34,758 nucleotides of DNA. Origin: an uncultured Candidatus Poseidoniales archaeon. GTDB taxonomy: Archaea; Thermoplasmatota; Poseidoniia; Poseidoniales; Poseidoniaceae. Below are positions 31,611 through 34,758 of this stretch, piece after piece. A program made the translations under genes and the position numbers. The notes under the pieces were generated by a model. That model was not told the DNA's origin, did not search any database, and was given only the letters and a program-made list of their open reading frames with translations. Location of the stretch: positions 1-34,758 of the forward strand of contig CAXGJQ010000002.1 in assembly GCA_964009815.1 (NCBI GenBank). The letters run 5' to 3'. Each line of letters opens with the position of its first letter. Position 1 is the first letter of the stretch.

Positions 31611-32885
31611 TTATTGGATGGCTCGATGGGCAATATCCGTACGGAAATGACCACCCTCAAGGTCAATGTTCGACAGCAAATCATAGGCCATTTCCTGAGT
31701 GGTTTTGAGGTCAATCCCGAGGGCTGTGCACGAAAGTACACGCCCGCCGGAAGCGATGAAATCTCCACCCTCGTTCTGTGAAACTCCAGCAAAATTTACC
31801 CATGCTGTCCCGTAGTTTGCCGAGGCAGAAAGCTCAGCCAACCCACCGAGCAATCGGCCTTTCTTGGGAGAAGCAGGATAGCCCTCGGAGGCGAGAACAA
31901 CGGTGACGGCCGAACCGCCGTGAAGATGAAGTTCAACTTCGTGCAATCCATCGGTGGCAGCTCCATGAAGGAGGTCGTACATGTCGGTGCGGATGAGGGG
32001 CAGCGTGACTTGGCATTCTGGGTCGCCGAACCGGACGTTGAATTCCACCACGTACGGATCGTCGTGTTGGTCGATCATCAAACCGATGAACAGAACACCG
32101 CGGTAGGGGACCTCAAGCGCCGACAAATGTTGATGCATTGGCTCAACGATTCGGGTGATGATTTTCTCGTGCACGGACGGGGAGACCACAGGGGCGGGGC
32201 AATAGGCACCCATTCCACCTGTGTTGGGACCTTTATCGCCATCGTAGGCCCGCTTGTGGTCTTGGCTGGCGGGGAGCGCCCTGTACGCACCACCGTCCAT
32301 GACGACCAACATGCTGGCTTCTTCTCCGGGGAGGAAAGCCTCGAGGAGAACAAAACCATCGGTTTGTATTGAGGATTCGATGAACGTCCTTGCTTCGCGA
32401 CGGTCTTCGGTTACAACCACGCCCTTACCGCCAGCCAACACATCTCGCTTGACGACCCATGGATGGCCAGCATAGGTCTCCAGTGCTGCATCCACATCGC
32501 TATCTGCATCAAGCCGCAGGAACGCTGCAGTCGGCACACCTGCCGCTTGCATCGTTTGCTTGGCATGGAGTTTGGAGCCTTCCAAGTGAGCCAAGGCCGC
32601 GACAGGACCAAAACAAGCGAGGCCACGAGCAGCGCATGCATCGGCCAATCCCGCACATAACGGCGCTTCAGGTCCGACCACCACAAGGTCCGCTTCAAGG
32701 TGTTCAAATAACCCCACCAACGATTCCGTGGTCATTTCATTGGCATGGTTCGTGGCCAGTTGGGCTGTACCGGCGTTCCCGGGAACACAGTGAAGGGAAC
32801 CGACTCGAGGCGATGAATCAAGGGACAGGCAAAGGGCATGTTCGCGGCCACCGCTTCCAACCACGACAACCGTAGCTTTGTCCAT
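31611..32885 (-). CDS. purD: Phosphoribosylamine--glycine ligase (GAR synthetase)
   Basis: 424 aa. The N-terminal VVVVGSGGREHALC...PGNAGTA is the classic PurD signature. An ATP-grasp core follows. The C-terminal GGRVLSCTALG...AYDLLSNIDLEGGHFRTDIAHRA matches the GARS C-domain consensus. Confidence 0.95.
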   Translation of the reverse strand: MDKATVVVVGSGGREHALCLSLDSSPRVGSLHCVPGNAGTAQLATNHANEMTTESLVGLFEHLEADLVVVGPEAPLCAGLADACAARGLACFGPVAALAHLEGSKLHAKQTMQAAGVPTAAFLRLDADSDVDAALETYAGHPWVVKRDVLAGGKGVVVTEDRREARTFIESSIQTDGFVLLEAFLPGEEASMLVVMDGGAYRALPASQDHKRAYDGDKGPNTGGMGAYCPAPVVSPSVHEKIITRIVEPMHQHLSALEVPYRGVLFIGLMIDQHDDPYVVEFNVRFGDPECQVTLPLIRTDMYDLLHGAATDGLHEVELHLHGGSAVTVVLASEGYPASPKKGRLLGGLAELSASANYGTAWVNFAGVSQNEGGDFIASGGRVLSCTALGIDLKTTQEMAYDLLSNIDLEGGHFRTDIAHRAIQ

Positions 32886-32985
32886 ACAACGCTGTGCCCC
32901 CCGGCGATGAATAAGACCTTCGTGGAGGCTATTTGTGCGTACGAGGCGGAAGAACCCTTATCCACCACGAATTTTTGTTCTTACC

Positions 32986-34758
32986 ATGCGAACCCAGAAA
33001 CCTGTTGCCGCCCTCATCCTCGCCCTCCTAATGTTGGGCCTCCCACTTGCTGCTGCGCAACCTCCTGCCGGAGGCGATTCAACCACCATAACCGAATCCG
33101 AAGCATGGACCGAAGACGGCTCGATGAATGGCCATGTCGTGGTCAGTGACGGAGCCGTTTTGACCGTGAGTGCCAACATCAGTATGGCCACCGGTTCATC
33201 CATCACCGTGGAAAATGGAGGCCAGTTGGTCTTGACCAATGGCGCCCTTCTCAGCGACGACCTCAATGCAGGACTGATGGTGAACAGCATGTTTGCCTCA
33301 CTTACGCTCAACTTTGGAGACCTTGCAGACGACGGCGTTCTCCAGCTCAAATTTGACCATGTCATCGATGCAGATTCAAAAATGAACGTGAGCCTTGGCA
33401 ATGAAACCGTGAACGCTTCGGGGTTGGACACCGTACAGTTTGACGCACCGCTCAATGGAACCGATTTGGTGATCACCTTTGATTCGTACTACTTCACGCC
33501 AACCTATGTCCTCTGGGCCAAAGCCATCTACGGTGGAGGTAACACGGAGACGCTATTGGCCCAAGATATTGAAGCGTCCGATGCCCCGCTCTATTGGTTC
33601 CAGTCAGGCTTTGACATCCACGCTCATGGAGACTTGACGGTGACAAGCAGCACCCTTTCGGGAGCCAACCTTCACTGCGAGGCACTTTGCCAATTTGACA
33701 GCGCCGAACTCGTTGGGAGTGCTCCCGTTGATGCCGCCACCACCGCTACGGTCTCGGTCATTGACAGCCTCATCACCGGTTCGCGAACCGATGAGGACAT
33801 CATCCTCCACGATGAAGCCACCATTGTCTACTCCAACAGCCAAGGAACAGGTGGAACCACCGATGCATGGATTCGGCTCTTATCCGAGCGAACCTTGACC
33901 ACAAACATTCCGAACGGTAGCCTTGACATTTACGACCTTGGGTGGGGTGCTGCCGACTGGAATGACTTGACCGACGAAAACGGGAACATTGTTCTGGTGG
34001 ACCAGGGAGCCACCAACGAACACAAGCGAATTGTTGCTTGGATGGATGGAAACGGCGTCGAGCATCAAGAAGATGCCAGCATTACGCTTTCAATTTCCAG
34101 CAGTTGGGGTGTGTTCTCGAGCACCATTGACGCTCCAACCACCTCGACGGGCAACATTGAACTCGCCCTCCCGTTCATTCAGGTATCGGCCGTTGCTCCA
34201 GAAACAGATGTTGGTGTAGCCAACAAGAGTGTTTCAGGAATGGTCACCGTCTCCAACACAGGAACAACGGATGCTTCGAGCATCAACATTTGGTGCTACG
34301 AAGGCGACGATATCGCCGATACCACTCAATTGGTGGTCAGCCTCGCACCAGGTGAAACGAAAGATGTACCGTTTACTTGGTATGTTTACTCGGCTGGCGA
34401 CGCTGCATTGACGTGCAAACCTCTGCTTCCAAGTGCCTTGGACGGCATTGCTGACCTCGTCGTGGACGCAGACGGAGCAACCTCATCGATGGTGACCTGG
34501 GAATACGCCGAAGAAGTGGAGGAGGCTCCCCTTCTCATCTGGATTGTAGCGATTGCAGGGTTCATGGGCCTCGCATTGTTCATCGCTTCTCAAAGCCGCA
34601 AGCAGGAGAAGGAATATGTCACTTACGCAGAATCAGATGAGGATGCAGATGACACTGAAGACGAGGAACCTGAGGACGAACCGAAGGAAGAGACAGAAGA
34701 AGGTTCGGACGAGGCCGGAGATGATGCTGAAGACGAGGAACCTGAGGACTCAGAGGAA
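32986..34758 (+). CDS. Surface-anchored protein, partial (591 codons; continues past the right edge): signal peptide, beta-helix-like N-terminus, CARDB-like domain, TM helix, acidic repeat tail
   Basis: Missing from the ORF track because it has no stop in the window. I read the frame from the ATG at 32986 to 34758 and found no taa/tag/tga. The signal peptide is MRTQKPVAALILALLMLGLPLAAA/QPP. A CARDB-like segment is VSGMVTVSNTGTTDASSINIWCYEGDDIADTTQLVVSLAPGETKDVPFTW. The TM helix PLLIWIVAIAGFMGLALFIAS lies at 34528..34590, followed by a D/E-rich tail. Confidence 0.8.
   Translation, partial: MRTQKPVAALILALLMLGLPLAAAQPPAGGDSTTITESEAWTEDGSMNGHVVVSDGAVLTVSANISMATGSSITVENGGQLVLTNGALLSDDLNAGLMVNSMFASLTLNFGDLADDGVLQLKFDHVIDADSKMNVSLGNETVNASGLDTVQFDAPLNGTDLVITFDSYYFTPTYVLWAKAIYGGGNTETLLAQDIEASDAPLYWFQSGFDIHAHGDLTVTSSTLSGANLHCEALCQFDSAELVGSAPVDAATTATVSVIDSLITGSRTDEDIILHDEATIVYSNSQGTGGTTDAWIRLLSERTLTTNIPNGSLDIYDLGWGAADWNDLTDENGNIVLVDQGATNEHKRIVAWMDGNGVEHQEDASITLSISSSWGVFSSTIDAPTTSTGNIELALPFIQVSAVAPETDVGVANKSVSGMVTVSNTGTTDASSINIWCYEGDDIADTTQLVVSLAPGETKDVPFTWYVYSAGDAALTCKPLLPSALDGIADLVVDADGATSSMVTWEYAEEVEEAPLLIWIVAIAGFMGLALFIASQSRKQEKEYVTYAESDEDADDTEDEEPEDEPKEETEEGSDEAGDDAEDEEPEDSEE
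34655..34749 (+). repeat. In-frame tandem repeat (72-nt / 24-codon period) in the acidic cytoplasmic tail
   Basis: The 23-nt string ctgaagacgaggaacctgaggac occurs perfectly at 34655..34677 and 34727..34749, encoding (T/A)EDEEPED each time. The window ends before the extent of the repeat can be seen. Confidence 0.7.

Noticed and set aside
31545-31781. A perfect TAAGGAGG on the plus strand (31545..31552) followed by a 68-aa ORF (31575..31781)
   Set aside because: The spacing to the nearest start (23-29 nt) is too long for an SD interaction. The ORF lies antisense to the well-supported purD 3' end, and its translation has no features.
32958-33476. A 172-aa minus-strand ORF near the purD promoter region
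   Set aside because: It lies antisense to the plus-strand ORF starting at 32986, which has a strong signal peptide and stays open to the window end. The minus-strand translation has no recognisable features.
1-34758. Mobile elements, CRISPR arrays, tRNA/rRNA genes, diversity-generating retroelement signatures, toxin-antitoxin or defence-system genes
   Set aside because: I saw no transposase, integrase or reverse-transcriptase-like ORF. There are no regularly spaced 25-40 nt repeats and no cloverleaf-compatible intergenic sequence (all intergenic gaps are 200 nt or less and are accounted for as promoters or terminators). There are no small paired ORFs. The absence was judged by eye only.

Overview
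This 34.8 kb window looks archaeal. The evidence is an AglB/STT3 oligosaccharyltransferase with a WWDYG motif, three proteins with class III (prepilin-type) signal peptides, TATA-like elements about 35 nt upstream of first-gene ATGs, and GGAGGT ribosome-binding sites only at internal operon genes. The content resembles marine planktonic Euryarchaeota (Poseidoniales/MG-II-like), but that is a low-confidence guess and cannot be verified without a database search.

I support 12 protein-coding genes and see no rRNA, tRNA, CRISPR array, transposase or integrase. About 70% of the window (24,333 nt) encodes five very large, acidic surface proteins rich in N-x-S/T sequons. Two of these are missing from the supplied ORF track because they run off the window edges (1..2865 minus, 32986..34758 plus). 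I confirmed both frames are open by reading the codons directly.

Gene order:
- Minus strand: purD, a 3187-codon AglB fusion protein, a membrane-anchored subtilase, a 1460-1484-codon beta-helix/Ig-like anchored protein, and a wHTH-P-loop-TPR (STAND-like) regulator.
- Plus strand, converging on that block: an operon of an MBL-fold hydrolase followed by three translationally coupled pilin-like genes.
- Minus strand again: a roughly 1,900-codon protein with thrombospondin type 3-like calcium-binding repeats, and a further unknown secreted protein.

The strongest candidate for something new is the AglB gene. A canonical STT3 core is preceded by about 10 extra transmembrane helices and followed by about 1,790 residues of Ig-like repeats and a second membrane anchor. 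It sits next to a protease, adhesin-like proteins, a dedicated regulator and an orphan pilin-like operon.

All functional calls rest on motifs I recognised by eye. No homology search or structure prediction was possible.
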